The position numbers and the translations under genes were made by a program. A stretch of 64,000 bases of DNA from an uncultured bacterium (lineage in GTDB: Bacteria > Chloroflexota > UBA5177 > JANWHV01): assembly GCA_963827235.1 (NCBI GenBank), contig CAWHAE010000009.1:480001-544000 (forward strand). The letters run 5' to 3'. Below, piece after piece: positions 50,086 to 60,234 of this stretch (its first letter is position 1; each line of letters opens with the position of its first letter). The notes beneath the pieces were generated by a model. That model searched no databases, had not been told where the DNA came from, and worked only from the letters and a program-made list of their open reading frames with translations.

Positions 50086-51165
50086 GTGGACGGTTCCTAC
50101 CGGCGAGTAGCGACGACCGTGCTCCATGCCTATACGACGCGCATTCTCGAGGGAGCCGGCATGACCGGCGAGGGCGCCGGCGTCACGGCCTCGGTGCTGA
50201 TCATGAGCGATGCGCGGGGCATCGAAAGTCATGGTCTGGCCCGTCTGCCGCAGTACGTCAAGCTTATCGACAGCGGCGTCGTCGCCCCGTCGGCCGTTCC
50301 GATCGTGGAGCGCGAAAGCGCGACCACGGCGCTGGTGAACGCGCAAAATGGGATGGGCCAGGTGGCAGGTGATTACGCCATGCGCCTGGCGATCGCCAAG
50401 GCGCGCCGGGCGGACATCGGCGTGGTCGCCGTTCGCTATTCCAACCACTACGGTATCGCCGGCTACTATGCCATGCTCGCCCTCGAGCACGAGTTGATCG
50501 GCCTTTCGCTGACGAACTCCTCGCCGCTCGTGGCGCCGACCCGTGGCCGCCAGGCGATGGTGGGCACGAATCCCATTGCACTGGCCGTACCCACCGGCGA
50601 CGACCGACCGTTCGTCCTGGACATGGCCACCAGCACCGTGCCCATCGGCCGCATAGAGGTCTATAAGCGGATCAGTAAGGCACTGCAACCGGGCTGGGCC
50701 ATCGACGAGAGCGGGCATCAGACACTGGAGGCTGTTCGAGCGCACGCCCTGCTGCCGCTTGGCGGCGTCGAAGAGACCGGCGGCTATAAGGGTTATGGCT
50801 TGGGAGTTCTGGTCGAGATGTTGACCGGCGTGCTGTCCGGCGCGCTCTACGGGCCGCTGATCGGGGGCCTGTGGGACACGACGTCCGAGAGCAACCTGGG
50901 ACATTGCTTCATGGCCATCAATCCGGCGGCGTTCGGTCCACTCGAGGAATTCCAGGCGCGGGCACGCGATCTGCGCCGGCTGCTCGAGGAAAGCGAGCGC
51001 ATGGTGGGCGCCGAGGAGATCCTGAGTGCCGGGGAGAAGGAGCGCCGGGCCGAGCACGACGCCCGGCTCCACGGCGTTCGCCTGCACCGCACGATATTCG
51101 AGCCGCTCGTGGGCCTTGGCCGGCGCTTCGGAGCTGGCGATCTGCCCGTTCTCGGCGTCGAATAA
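50086..51165 (+). CDS. Ldh_2 family oxidoreductase (malate/L-lactate dehydrogenase-like)
   Basis: RGIESHGL.RL..Y, SNHYGIAGYY, GTNPIA, LDMATS, GGYKGYGL. Confidence 0.9.
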   Translation: MDGSYRRVATTVLHAYTTRILEGAGMTGEGAGVTASVLIMSDARGIESHGLARLPQYVKLIDSGVVAPSAVPIVERESATTALVNAQNGMGQVAGDYAMRLAIAKARRADIGVVAVRYSNHYGIAGYYAMLALEHELIGLSLTNSSPLVAPTRGRQAMVGTNPIALAVPTGDDRPFVLDMATSTVPIGRIEVYKRISKALQPGWAIDESGHQTLEAVRAHALLPLGGVEETGGYKGYGLGVLVEMLTGVLSGALYGPLIGGLWDTTSESNLGHCFMAINPAAFGPLEEFQARARDLRRLLEESERMVGAEEILSAGEKERRAEHDARLHGVRLHRTIFEPLVGLGRRFGAGDLPVLGVE

Positions 51166-51360
51166 GGCCATCAACCGCCGTCGAGCACGAGCGTCCTGAG
51201 CTATACGTCTCCCGCTCAGTGCATGGCGCGCATGCAGGTTGCATGCAACAGTGAGTGGATTGTATGGTCATTGCATGGTTAGGCAGCTAGAGAGACCTGC
51301 AGCCTCACCAAGCCGCCCGCCCGCGATCGGAACGGCGGCATCGTGCCGGCTCACGGAGGG

Positions 51361-51879
51361 ATGCCGATGGATATCGAACGTCTCGACGCCATCCAGGCAC
51401 GAAGTGCGGTGCCGCTGCTCGTCGAATTGCTGCATGACGCGCTGGACGACGGCGCGTGCCTCGGGTTTCTGCCGCCTATCACCGGCGAGGAAGCGCGGAG
51501 CTACTGGCAGGGCGTGGTCACCGCACTGCAGGGCCAGTCACGCCTGCTGTTTGTCGCCTGGCACGACGACCAGATCGTCGGTACCGTACAGCTCGATCTG
51601 GCGCTGAGGCCGAACGCCCGTCACCGCGCCGAGGTGATGAAGCTGATGGTGCACCGCTCCGTCCGCCGCCAGGGGATCGGCCGGGCACTCATGGTCGCGG
51701 TGGAGGAAGCGGCGCTCGAGCACGGCCGCACCCTGCTCGTGCTGGACACTCGTCGAGACGATGCGGGCGAGCACCTCTACCGCGCATGCGGCTATACGGC
51801 ATACGGCGTCGTTCCCAAATACACGCTGGACAGTGACGGGACGTTCCACGACACCGTATTCTTCTACCGGCAGTTGTAG
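51361..51879 (+). CDS. GNAT family acetyltransferase
   Basis: VGTVQL...PNARHRAEVMKLMVH...RRQGIG..LM; LLVLDT. Confidence 0.88.
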   Translation: MPMDIERLDAIQARSAVPLLVELLHDALDDGACLGFLPPITGEEARSYWQGVVTALQGQSRLLFVAWHDDQIVGTVQLDLALRPNARHRAEVMKLMVHRSVRRQGIGRALMVAVEEAALEHGRTLLVLDTRRDDAGEHLYRACGYTAYGVVPKYTLDSDGTFHDTVFFYRQL

Positions 51880-52247
51880 GGCTCAGGCCCTGCTGCCCGG
51901 CAGCCATGGCCGGCACATCGGGAGGCGACCGAGACGGTCGCAGCCCCGGGGTTGCCGGAGCGGCGCCCTGGATCATAGCCAAGGTATACTCTGGGAGCGG
52001 TGAGCGAGTTGCCGACTATGCAACTCCGGCCTGAGCTACACTGAGTTGTGGAGCCGGACGGCTCCTCCGCGTAGCTATCCGCCGTGGCCTGCTGGAGAGG
52101 GATGCTACGCGGGCCACACCCCCTGCCCCAGGGTGCCGGCCACGCTAGAGAAGTGGTGCTGGACGCTCGCCATCCGCCGGTCGGACGGATGGTCACCGTA
52201 CCGAGCAGGATCGCGCCGGCGGCGGCGCGTCCCATGTGCGCCGATTG

Positions 52248-53999
52248 ATGAGGAAGGGCCTGGAGGCAATGCCGCGCACTCGCCGGGCGCTGCTGGAGAT
52301 TCCCCGCCGTACGCTTGTAGTTGCCGTCGCGTTTTCCCTCCTGGCGACCGCGATCGCCATTGCCCAGATGGCGCTGATCGCCCATGTGACCGCCGCCGTG
52401 TTCCTGCATCACCGGCAGATGCGCGACGAAGGCGCATCGCTCGCGGTGCTGGCCGGCCTGGCCTTGCTGCAAGCGTGCGCGGTGTTCGGGCGAGAGGTTG
52501 CCTCTCAGTACGCCGCCGTGCGCAGCAAGGCGGCCCTGCGCACGCGGCTATTCGCCAAGCTCCTGCGGCTCGGCCCCGGCTACCTGCGCGGCGAGCGAAC
52601 CGGAAGCCTGGTCGCCACGGCCACCGAGGGCATTGAGCGCATCGATCCCTACGTGGGCCGCTATCTGCCGCAAGTAATTCTGAGCGTGGCCGTGCCGCTG
52701 CTGATCGGCGTCGCGGTGTGGTCGCAGGACTGGATCAGCGGCGTGATTCTGCTGGCAACCGCACCCGTCCTTCCCTTGCTCATGATCCTCGTAGGCAGCT
52801 ATGCCGGGAGCCATATCCAGGCGCAGTGGACCGCGCTCGCCCGGCTGCACGCGCACATGCTGGACGCGGTGCAGGGCCTGACGACCCTGATCTCTTTCGG
52901 CCGGGTGCCGACGGAGCGTGCCCGCCTCCAGCGGGTCGGGCGTGACTATCGGGACAAGACGTTGCAGACGCTGCGCTACGCGTTCCTCTCCAGTCTGGTG
53001 CTGGAGTTCATCACCGCCGGTGCTATCGCGTTGGTCGCGGTGATGCTGGGCCTCCGGTTGCTCTCCGGCTCTATCTCCTTCGAGCGCGCCTTCTTCGTCC
53101 TGCTCCTCACACCCGAGTTCTACCGCCCCCTGCGGGAGCTCGGCCTGCACCGCCACGCGGCCATGGAGGGTGCCGCGGCGGCAGGCCGCGTGCAGGAAAT
53201 CCTCAGCCAGCCCGAGCCGATCCGGATCTCTCCTGTGCAGCAGGCCCGTCTCGACGCCTGTCCGCCGGCAATCTGCTTCCAAGCTGTCCGCTTCACCTAT
53301 CCGGGCAGCGAGCAACCGGCGATTCCGGGCGTCGATCTCACGCTGCCGCCCGGCACGCGCACGGCGCTCGTGGGCAGGAGCGGCTCGGGCAAGACGACAC
53401 TGGTCAACCTGCTTCTGCGCTACCAGGATCCGGATGCCGGCCGGATCCTGGCCGGAGAGACGCCCATACACGCGATCGCCGTCGAAGAGTGGCGCAGCCG
53501 GGTTGCCGCCGTGCCCCAGCGGCCGTATCTCTTCGCCGGCACCGTGCGCGACAACATCTGCCTCGGCAAGCCGCGGGCACCGCGGGAAGAGGTCGAGCAG
53601 GCGGCCGGCCTGGCCGGGGCCGCGGAGTTCATCGAGCGTCTGCCACGCGGGTACGACACGCTCGTGGGCGAGCGGGGCGCGCGACTCTCGGGCGGCGAGA
53701 TGCAACGGATCGCCGTTGCCCGCGCCTTCCTCAAAGATGCACCGATCCTGGTGCTAGACGAGCCGACATCGAGCCTCGATCCGCTCAGCGAGGGGCTGAT
53801 CCGCGCCGCGCTGGCGCGGTTGATGCAGCATCGTACCGTGCTCATCGTGGCGCACCGTCTGAACACCGTGTTTACCGCAGAGCAGATCGTCGTGCTCGAC
53901 GCCGGGTGCGTGGTCGAGAGCGGCACCCACGCCTCGTTGCTCGCCCGCGGGGGGCTCTACAGCCGGCTGCTATCCGTGCGCAGCGGGGTAGCAGTATGA
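52248..53999 (+). CDS. cydD: Thiol reductant ABC exporter subunit CydD
   Basis: GRYLPQ, GLTTL, LRYAFLSSLVLE, LTPEFYRPLR.LG; Walker A GRSGSGKT; LSGGE. Confidence 0.9.
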   Translation: MRKGLEAMPRTRRALLEIPRRTLVVAVAFSLLATAIAIAQMALIAHVTAAVFLHHRQMRDEGASLAVLAGLALLQACAVFGREVASQYAAVRSKAALRTRLFAKLLRLGPGYLRGERTGSLVATATEGIERIDPYVGRYLPQVILSVAVPLLIGVAVWSQDWISGVILLATAPVLPLLMILVGSYAGSHIQAQWTALARLHAHMLDAVQGLTTLISFGRVPTERARLQRVGRDYRDKTLQTLRYAFLSSLVLEFITAGAIALVAVMLGLRLLSGSISFERAFFVLLLTPEFYRPLRELGLHRHAAMEGAAAAGRVQEILSQPEPIRISPVQQARLDACPPAICFQAVRFTYPGSEQPAIPGVDLTLPPGTRTALVGRSGSGKTTLVNLLLRYQDPDAGRILAGETPIHAIAVEEWRSRVAAVPQRPYLFAGTVRDNICLGKPRAPREEVEQAAGLAGAAEFIERLPRGYDTLVGERGARLSGGEMQRIAVARAFLKDAPILVLDEPTSSLDPLSEGLIRAALARLMQHRTVLIVAHRLNTVFTAEQIVVLDAGCVVESGTHASLLARGGLYSRLLSVRSGVAV

Positions 54000-55723
54000 G
54001 CACACGACTCATCCACGCCCTGCGGCCGTACCGGCGACAACTGGCCCTAGCGCTCGTTCTGAGTTGTGCGGCCCTGGCGGCCAACGTCGGGCTGCTGGCC
54101 ATTGCCGGTTACCTCGTGGCGGCGGCGGCTTTGAAGCCGCTTCTGGAGACCCTGGCCTTTCCCATGTATGCCGTGCGCGTTCTGGGCGTTGGGAGGGCCC
54201 TGCTGCGCTACGGCGAGCGATTGGTTTCCCATCGTACCGTGCTGAGCCTGCTGGCCGACCTGCGAGTCTGGCTGTTCAGCCGGCTCGCACCCCTGATGCC
54301 CGCTGCCGGCGCGAGGCGCGGCAGCGGCGATCTGCTGGTCCGTTTGACCTCCGATCTCGACGAGCTTCAGCACCTCTATCTGCGCATCATCTCGCCCCTC
54401 GCCGTGGCCGCCTGTGCGCTCTGCGCCATCGCGGCAGTGTTCGCGGTCTTCAGCCCGCTCCTGGCGCTCTGCGCGGCGCTGTTGCTGCTGGCGGCGGGCG
54501 TGGGCGTGCCGCTCCTGGCGCTCCGGTGCGCGCGCGGACTGGGAGATCGGCACCTGGCCACGCGCGGCGCCCTGTTCGACCGCCTGGTGGAAGGCGTCCA
54601 GGGTATGGCCGATCTGCTGATCTGCGGACGAGCGGAGGACCACGCGGAACGCCTCGGCCGGATAGATTGCGAGGCCGGACGCCTGCAGATGCGCCAGGCA
54701 CGGATCAGCGGCCTGCAAGCGGCCCTGGCCACCTTGCTGACAGCCCTCGCGGTCGTGATCATCCTGGCGCTCGGCGTCTCGCAGGTCGACGCCGGGCAGG
54801 TTGGCGGGATGTACCTCGGCTTTCTCGTGCTGCTCATGCTGGCCGGCTTCGAGGCGGTACAGCCGCTGGGCGTCGCCTTCGCCACCATGGGACGCAGTCT
54901 CGCCGCCGCACACCGTCTGCTCGAAGTCGTCAATGCCGAGCCCGTGGTGCGCGATCCATGGCACCCGTTGGCGGTCCCCGTTCAGCCCTCGCTGTGCTTC
55001 GAACGCGTGTGCTTCTCCTACCACGAGACGGAAGGCCGGGTGCTCGACGACGTCGATCTGCTCGTCCAGCCGGGCCGGTGGATCGCGGTCGTAGGCCCGA
55101 GTGGGGCCGGGAAGAGCACGATTGCCGGCCTTGCCCTGCGCTTCTGGGAAGCGGATGCCGGTACCGTGCTGCTCGGCGGCGCTCCGGTGAGCGACTATCT
55201 GCTCGACGATCTGCGCGCCTCCTTCGCGTTGGTCGCTCAGGACACGATGCTGTTCACCGACACCTTGCGCAACAATCTGCGCATCGCCCGGCCCGATGCC
55301 ACGGACGAGCAGATCCTCGACGCGCTTGCCGTCGCCCAGCTCAGCGATTTGCCGGCAGCGCTACCCGGCGGCCTCGACGGCTGGATGGGCGAGCAGGGGC
55401 TCACGCTCTCGGGCGGCGAGCGCCAGCGGCTTGCCGTGGCACGTGCCGTGCTCAAGGACGCGCCCATCCTCATCCTCGACGAAGCGACGGCAAACCTGGA
55501 TCCCGACATGGAGGAGCGGCTTCTCGCGGCCATCCATGCCCGCATGCGCGAGCGATCGGTTCTGGTGATCACCCACCGGCTGGTCGGCATGGAGCGCATG
55601 GCGGAGATCGTGGTGCTGGATCGCGGACGCGTGGCCCAGCGCGGCACGCACGCCCAGCTCAGCGAGCGCGCTGGGCTGTACCGGGAGATGCTGGAGGCGC
55701 AAGAAGAAGTCTTCCTGACCTGA
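53996..55723 (+). CDS. cydC: Thiol reductant ABC exporter subunit CydC
   Basis: RALLRYGERLVSH, SGDLL.RL..D; GPSGAGKS; LSGGERQRL; ATGA overlap with cydD. Confidence 0.9.
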   Translation: MSTRLIHALRPYRRQLALALVLSCAALAANVGLLAIAGYLVAAAALKPLLETLAFPMYAVRVLGVGRALLRYGERLVSHRTVLSLLADLRVWLFSRLAPLMPAAGARRGSGDLLVRLTSDLDELQHLYLRIISPLAVAACALCAIAAVFAVFSPLLALCAALLLLAAGVGVPLLALRCARGLGDRHLATRGALFDRLVEGVQGMADLLICGRAEDHAERLGRIDCEAGRLQMRQARISGLQAALATLLTALAVVIILALGVSQVDAGQVGGMYLGFLVLLMLAGFEAVQPLGVAFATMGRSLAAAHRLLEVVNAEPVVRDPWHPLAVPVQPSLCFERVCFSYHETEGRVLDDVDLLVQPGRWIAVVGPSGAGKSTIAGLALRFWEADAGTVLLGGAPVSDYLLDDLRASFALVAQDTMLFTDTLRNNLRIARPDATDEQILDALAVAQLSDLPAALPGGLDGWMGEQGLTLSGGERQRLAVARAVLKDAPILILDEATANLDPDMEERLLAAIHARMRERSVLVITHRLVGMERMAEIVVLDRGRVAQRGTHAQLSERAGLYREMLEAQEEVFLT

Positions 55724-55779
55724 TAATAACGAGGAGTGCCGTAGAAGCTCAGAAGAGAAAGGAAGGTTGGGAAGGGTCC

Positions 55780-57138
55780 ATGGACGATCCGACGTCTGCC
55801 TCGCGACTGCAGTTCGCGTTCACCATCACCTACCACTATCTATTCCCACAGCTGACCATGGGTCTGGCCCTTCTGCTTGTGGTCTTCAAGACGCTGTATA
55901 TGCGCACGCACAAAGACGCCTACAACGACGCCGCGCGCTTCTGGGCCAGGCTGTTCGCCATCAACTTCGTGCTCGGCGTGGTCACCGGCATCCCCATGGA
56001 GTTCCAGTTCGGCACCAACTGGGCCCGGTTCTCCGCCTCGACCGGCCAGATCATCGCGCAGACGCTGGCCATGGAGGGTGCGTTCGCCTTCTTTCTGGAG
56101 TCGGCTTTCCTGGGCATCTTTCTATTCGGCGAGCGGCTGTTCGGCCAGCGGTTGCACTGGCTGTCGGCCGTGCTGGTCTGGCTGGGCACCTGGCTTTCCG
56201 GAGGGTTCATCATCGCCACCAATGCCTGGATGCAGCATCCGGTCGGCTATACCACCAGCAACGGCAAGTTCGTGCTCCACGACTATTGGGCCGTGCTCTT
56301 CAACTCATGGATCCTGCCGCAATACCTGCACACGATGAGCGGCGCGGTGATCACGGCCAGCTTCGTGCTGGCCGGCCTTGGTGCCTACTACGCGCTGGCG
56401 AACCAGCATGTCGACTTCGGCAAGATGTTCCTCACCATCGGCGTGATCGCCGGCTTCCTGGCCAGTGCCTTCCAGCTCTTCCCCAGCGGCGACATGGAAG
56501 GCAGGCAGGTAGCGGAGCATCAGCCGGCCAAGCTGGCGGCGATGGAAGGCCTCTTCAAGTCCGAGCACGGCGCAGGCATTGCTATCCTGGGCCAGCCGGA
56601 TGTCGGCAAGCAGGTGCTAGATAACCCGCTGATCGTGCCGAACGTGCTCAGCTTCCTTACCTACCGGAGCTGGAACGCCAACGTGGTCGGGCTGGATGCC
56701 ATTCCACGCGACCAGTGGCCGGACAGCGTGGCCTTCGTCTATTTCGTCTATCACATCATGGTGGGCCTGGGCACGATCTTCATCGCCATCATGGCCCTGT
56801 CCCTCCTCCTCCTCTGGCGCCGTCGATTGTTCGCCAGCCGCCCCATGCTCTGGATCCTGATGCTTGCCACGCCCTTCCCCTTCATCGCCAACTCCGCGGG
56901 ATGGCTCACCGCCGAGCTGGGCAGGCAGCCCTGGGCAGTCTACGGTCTGCAGCGCGTGGCCCAGGGCACATCGCCCACCCTATCGGGCGGCAACGTGTTG
57001 TTCACGCTGCTTGGATTTGCCGGGATCTATCTCGTGCTCGGCCTGCTGTTCGTGATCCTGGTGGTGCAGGAAGCGGTGCGGGGGCCGTCGGCCGACGAGA
57101 GTGCGCCTTCGGGAACAGAAGGCTTGATCTCGTACTAG
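55780..57138 (+). CDS. cydA: Cytochrome bd oxidase subunit I
   Basis: RLQFAFT..YH, GVVTGIPMEFQFGTNW, FFLES, NAWMQHP, QPAKLAAMEG, ELGRQPW. Confidence 0.95.
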   Translation: MDDPTSASRLQFAFTITYHYLFPQLTMGLALLLVVFKTLYMRTHKDAYNDAARFWARLFAINFVLGVVTGIPMEFQFGTNWARFSASTGQIIAQTLAMEGAFAFFLESAFLGIFLFGERLFGQRLHWLSAVLVWLGTWLSGGFIIATNAWMQHPVGYTTSNGKFVLHDYWAVLFNSWILPQYLHTMSGAVITASFVLAGLGAYYALANQHVDFGKMFLTIGVIAGFLASAFQLFPSGDMEGRQVAEHQPAKLAAMEGLFKSEHGAGIAILGQPDVGKQVLDNPLIVPNVLSFLTYRSWNANVVGLDAIPRDQWPDSVAFVYFVYHIMVGLGTIFIAIMALSLLLLWRRRLFASRPMLWILMLATPFPFIANSAGWLTAELGRQPWAVYGLQRVAQGTSPTLSGGNVLFTLLGFAGIYLVLGLLFVILVVQEAVRGPSADESAPSGTEGLISY

Positions 57139-57159
57139 CAGCGTCAGAGGAGGCTCACG

Positions 57160-58203
57160 GTGACCACGCTTTGGTTCATCCTGGTGGCGTTCATGCTTGC
57201 CGTCTACGTCGTGCTGGACGGCTTCGATCTCGGCGCCGGCGCGCTGCACCTCGTCATTGCCCGCGACGACGGCGAGCGACGAACGGTTCTGCGCACGATC
57301 GGCCCGGTATGGGACGGCAACGAAGTCTGGCTGATTGCCGCCGGCGGCACGCTGTTCTTCGCCTTCCCCATGCTCTACGCCTCGTCGTTCAGCGGCTTCT
57401 ACTTGCCGCTGATCGTCGTGCTGTGGCTGCTGATGGGCCGCGGTGTGGCGATCGAGCTGCGATCCCGGATCGACAACCCGATCTGGGCATCGCTCTGGGA
57501 TGGCATCTTCTCGGTTTCCAGTATCCTGCTGGCCATCTTCTACGGCGCCGCCCTGGCCAACGTGGTGCGCGGTGTTCCGTTCAGCGGGCACGGATACTTC
57601 TTCGAGCCGCTGTGGACGAACTTCGATCCCAAGAACAGCACGCCGGGCATTCTCGATTGGTACACCATGCTGATCGGGCTGCTGGCCCTGGCCGCGCTGG
57701 CGATGCACGGCGCAACTTACGTGGCGATGAAGACCGTCGATCCGGTGCGACAGGCTGCCCGGCGCGTGATTCCGCAATTCTGGCTGGCCACGGCCGTGCT
57801 GACCGTGCTCGGCACCATCGCCACCTTCTGGCTGCGATCTAGCATGGGTGGCCGTTTCGGCGACCAGCCCTGGGGCGTCGTATTTCCCCTGCTCGCCGTC
57901 TGCGGACTGATTGGCGTGCCCTATTTCACGCGCGGCGGACGCGAGGTAGCGGCGTTCCTGGCGTCGGGCGCCTATTTGGCCGGCATGCTGGCGGCCACGG
58001 CATTCGCGCTCTATCCCGACGTGCTGCCCGGCGTGGTGAAAGCAGACAGCCTGACCATCTACAACGCCTCGGCATCCGACTATGGGCTTAAGGTCGGACT
58101 GATCTGGTGGCTGATCGGCATCGGTCTGGCCCTCGTGTACGTCGTGGTGGCCTACCGGCTGTTTCGCGGCAAGGTCAGCGCGGCGACGGCGAGATCGCAC
58201 TGA
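57160..58203 (+). CDS. cydB: Cytochrome bd oxidase subunit II
   Basis: LDGFDLGAG, IGPVWDGNEVWL, FAFP; SD GAGGAGG. Confidence 0.95.
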   Translation: MTTLWFILVAFMLAVYVVLDGFDLGAGALHLVIARDDGERRTVLRTIGPVWDGNEVWLIAAGGTLFFAFPMLYASSFSGFYLPLIVVLWLLMGRGVAIELRSRIDNPIWASLWDGIFSVSSILLAIFYGAALANVVRGVPFSGHGYFFEPLWTNFDPKNSTPGILDWYTMLIGLLALAALAMHGATYVAMKTVDPVRQAARRVIPQFWLATAVLTVLGTIATFWLRSSMGGRFGDQPWGVVFPLLAVCGLIGVPYFTRGGREVAAFLASGAYLAGMLAATAFALYPDVLPGVVKADSLTIYNASASDYGLKVGLIWWLIGIGLALVYVVVAYRLFRGKVSAATARSH

Positions 58204-58236
58204 GGCACGGCGTCGTTGCTCGTGGGACGGCGCCCC

Positions 58237-58353
58237 ACCTCGAAGATCGCCTCCGCACTGCTCCGGGGCAGGCGCGGTCTCACGTACGATCACGTCGGCC
58301 GGCTGGCACGCTTCTTCCATGTCTCGCCCACGGTGTTCTACCACGGGGTATGA
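58237..58353 (+). pseudogene. C-terminal fragment of a HigA-type HTH antitoxin
   Basis: SKIASALLRGRRGLTYDHVGRLARFFHVSPTVF*; no start or N-terminal half. Confidence 0.5.
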
Positions 58354-58510
58354 CGGGATCGGCCGCATAACACCTGGGCCAGGCATCGATCGGCCAGCGG
58401 GGCCGGGCTAGCGCGATCACGGCGATGGGTATGAGCATGCAGGGTACGGTAGGGCCGGCCGGCGCCGGACCGACGTGTAGCATGGCGTGCTGCTCCGCTT
58501 CATCTGCGCC

Positions 58511-59929
58511 TCACGCGGCAGTGCGCAGGCGGCGCAGCGGCCGCGGAACAGGTAGTGCCGGATAGAGTGTGAGCAGCAGATTGGCGGCGACCACTAGAAT
58601 GGTCGCCAGCTCGATGCCGGAGACGAACGGCACGTAGGTGACCTGGATGTTCAGCAGGTACGGCAAGTAGCACAGCAGGGACGCGCCCTCCACGGCAATC
58701 GCTACGAAGAACAAGCGCGGGAACCGGCAGGCGAAGCTGATGGACAACACGTCCGCCAGGTAGAAGTAGCGCTCGTGCATCTCCGGCAACAGGAATGGGA
58801 TGACCAGGGCGGTGAGCAGCGCGAATCGCAGCAGCATGTCCGGAGTTAGTCGCTGGCGCCGTAGAACGGCGAGCGCGGCCAGGGCAAGAACTGCGAGCGC
58901 GGCGAGCAGGATACCTATCCACTTCCATCTGCCGGAGGCTCCAGCCGGCAGCCACTGATAGAACGTGGCTGCCCCGTAGACGAGTGATGCGCTCCCGCCG
59001 CCGCCAGGCCCGCCGCCGAAGTGGGGCCCGCCCGGCTGCGGACCCGCACTCTGGGATGCGCTGCCGTTCCCCCTGCCGGATGGTTGCCCTTGCGGCGCGC
59101 TGCCGCTCGGCCCGAATCCCCCTGCTGCTCCGGGCTGGCCCGGCGATGCTTGGCCGCCACGGCCGGCCGCTTGTTGTGGACCGGGGCCGAGCCCACCGCC
59201 GCCCGGCCCTGCGCCCGGCCCCATGCCGCCGGTCTGCGCTTGACTGACATACACGTTGGCCAGGCTACCTATGTCGCGGCCAGCCAGGAGAGCAGGCGTG
59301 AGCATCAGCAGGAAGACAGCGGGCACGAGGATCAGGGTGCGCACCGGAAACATGCGCCGGAGAAACGGCAGCGCCAGGACGGGGAGGAAGAAGATGGCTT
59401 GCAGCTTGAACGATATGGCCACGCCGTACAAGACGCATGCCCATGCCGGACGGTCGCTGACCAGGAAATACAGGCTGCCAAGGCAGAACGCCGTATAGAT
59501 GCCGTCGGACTGCCCCCACGCCGCGCTGTTGAGGATGATCGTCGGCGCGAACAGGATGAGGAGAGCTCCAACCACGGGCACCAATCGCGTCCCCACAAGC
59601 CGCCTGAGCAGCAGATAGGTGAACAGGCTGAGCACACCGTCGAACAGCACGGAGATGGACTTGATGGCCACGATCCGGGCTATCGGCATGTAGGTAGATA
59701 CCGCGATGAGATACAGATAGGGCGGGTTGTAGTTCGAGAACGCGTACTTGAATGCCGCGAAGCCGCCGTGGCCGGCGATGAAGTCGTACCACTGGCTGAG
59801 AAAGAAGGTGTAGTCGCTGGTCACGGCGGGATAGAGCGCGATCCGGATCCCCATCGCCACCGCGACGAGCACGGCGACGATCGGCACTCTCCACCCGCAC
59901 CTGCGGGCGAACGGTATTCTCATCGCCAT
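58511..59929 (-). CDS. GT-C type membrane glycosyltransferase (mannosyltransferase-like) with Gly/Pro-rich insert
   Basis: SDY..FL..W, SNYNPPYLY, NSAAWGQSD, FKLQA, LPEMHERYFY. Confidence 0.75.
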   Translation of the reverse strand: MAMRIPFARRCGWRVPIVAVLVAVAMGIRIALYPAVTSDYTFFLSQWYDFIAGHGGFAAFKYAFSNYNPPYLYLIAVSTYMPIARIVAIKSISVLFDGVLSLFTYLLLRRLVGTRLVPVVGALLILFAPTIILNSAAWGQSDGIYTAFCLGSLYFLVSDRPAWACVLYGVAISFKLQAIFFLPVLALPFLRRMFPVRTLILVPAVFLLMLTPALLAGRDIGSLANVYVSQAQTGGMGPGAGPGGGGLGPGPQQAAGRGGQASPGQPGAAGGFGPSGSAPQGQPSGRGNGSASQSAGPQPGGPHFGGGPGGGGSASLVYGAATFYQWLPAGASGRWKWIGILLAALAVLALAALAVLRRQRLTPDMLLRFALLTALVIPFLLPEMHERYFYLADVLSISFACRFPRLFFVAIAVEGASLLCYLPYLLNIQVTYVPFVSGIELATILVVAANLLLTLYPALPVPRPLRRLRTAA

Positions 59930-60234
59930 CTTCAGTTGCCCATATCCCTCGGCGGCGCATATCTGCTGCTCCGGCGGCGATGCTAGACGACGCCCGGCGC
60001 GGACGACCGCATCTCTTCTGCTTCGGCCCTGTTCCCGTCCAGCTGCCAGTATCGGGCGCACAGATGAGAGCGGCGTAAGCACAAGATGAGAGCACGCCAA
60101 GAGAATCATGAGTGTTTGCTAAGAACGCAGAGCGCGTGAATGCCCTCAGGGCGTATGTCGCTCCGCGCAGGGCGACTGGAATCCGGTGGGCACCTGCGTG
60201 CAGCACGTGCCCACCGGAAGCGTGTCGCAGGCCG

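Noticed and set aside
54064-55779. 1024-aa CydA with a long N-terminal extension, and an extended CydC ORF from 53489
   Set aside because: The extensions are off-frame read-through over cydC/cydD typical of high-GC DNA; the real starts are 55780 and 53996.
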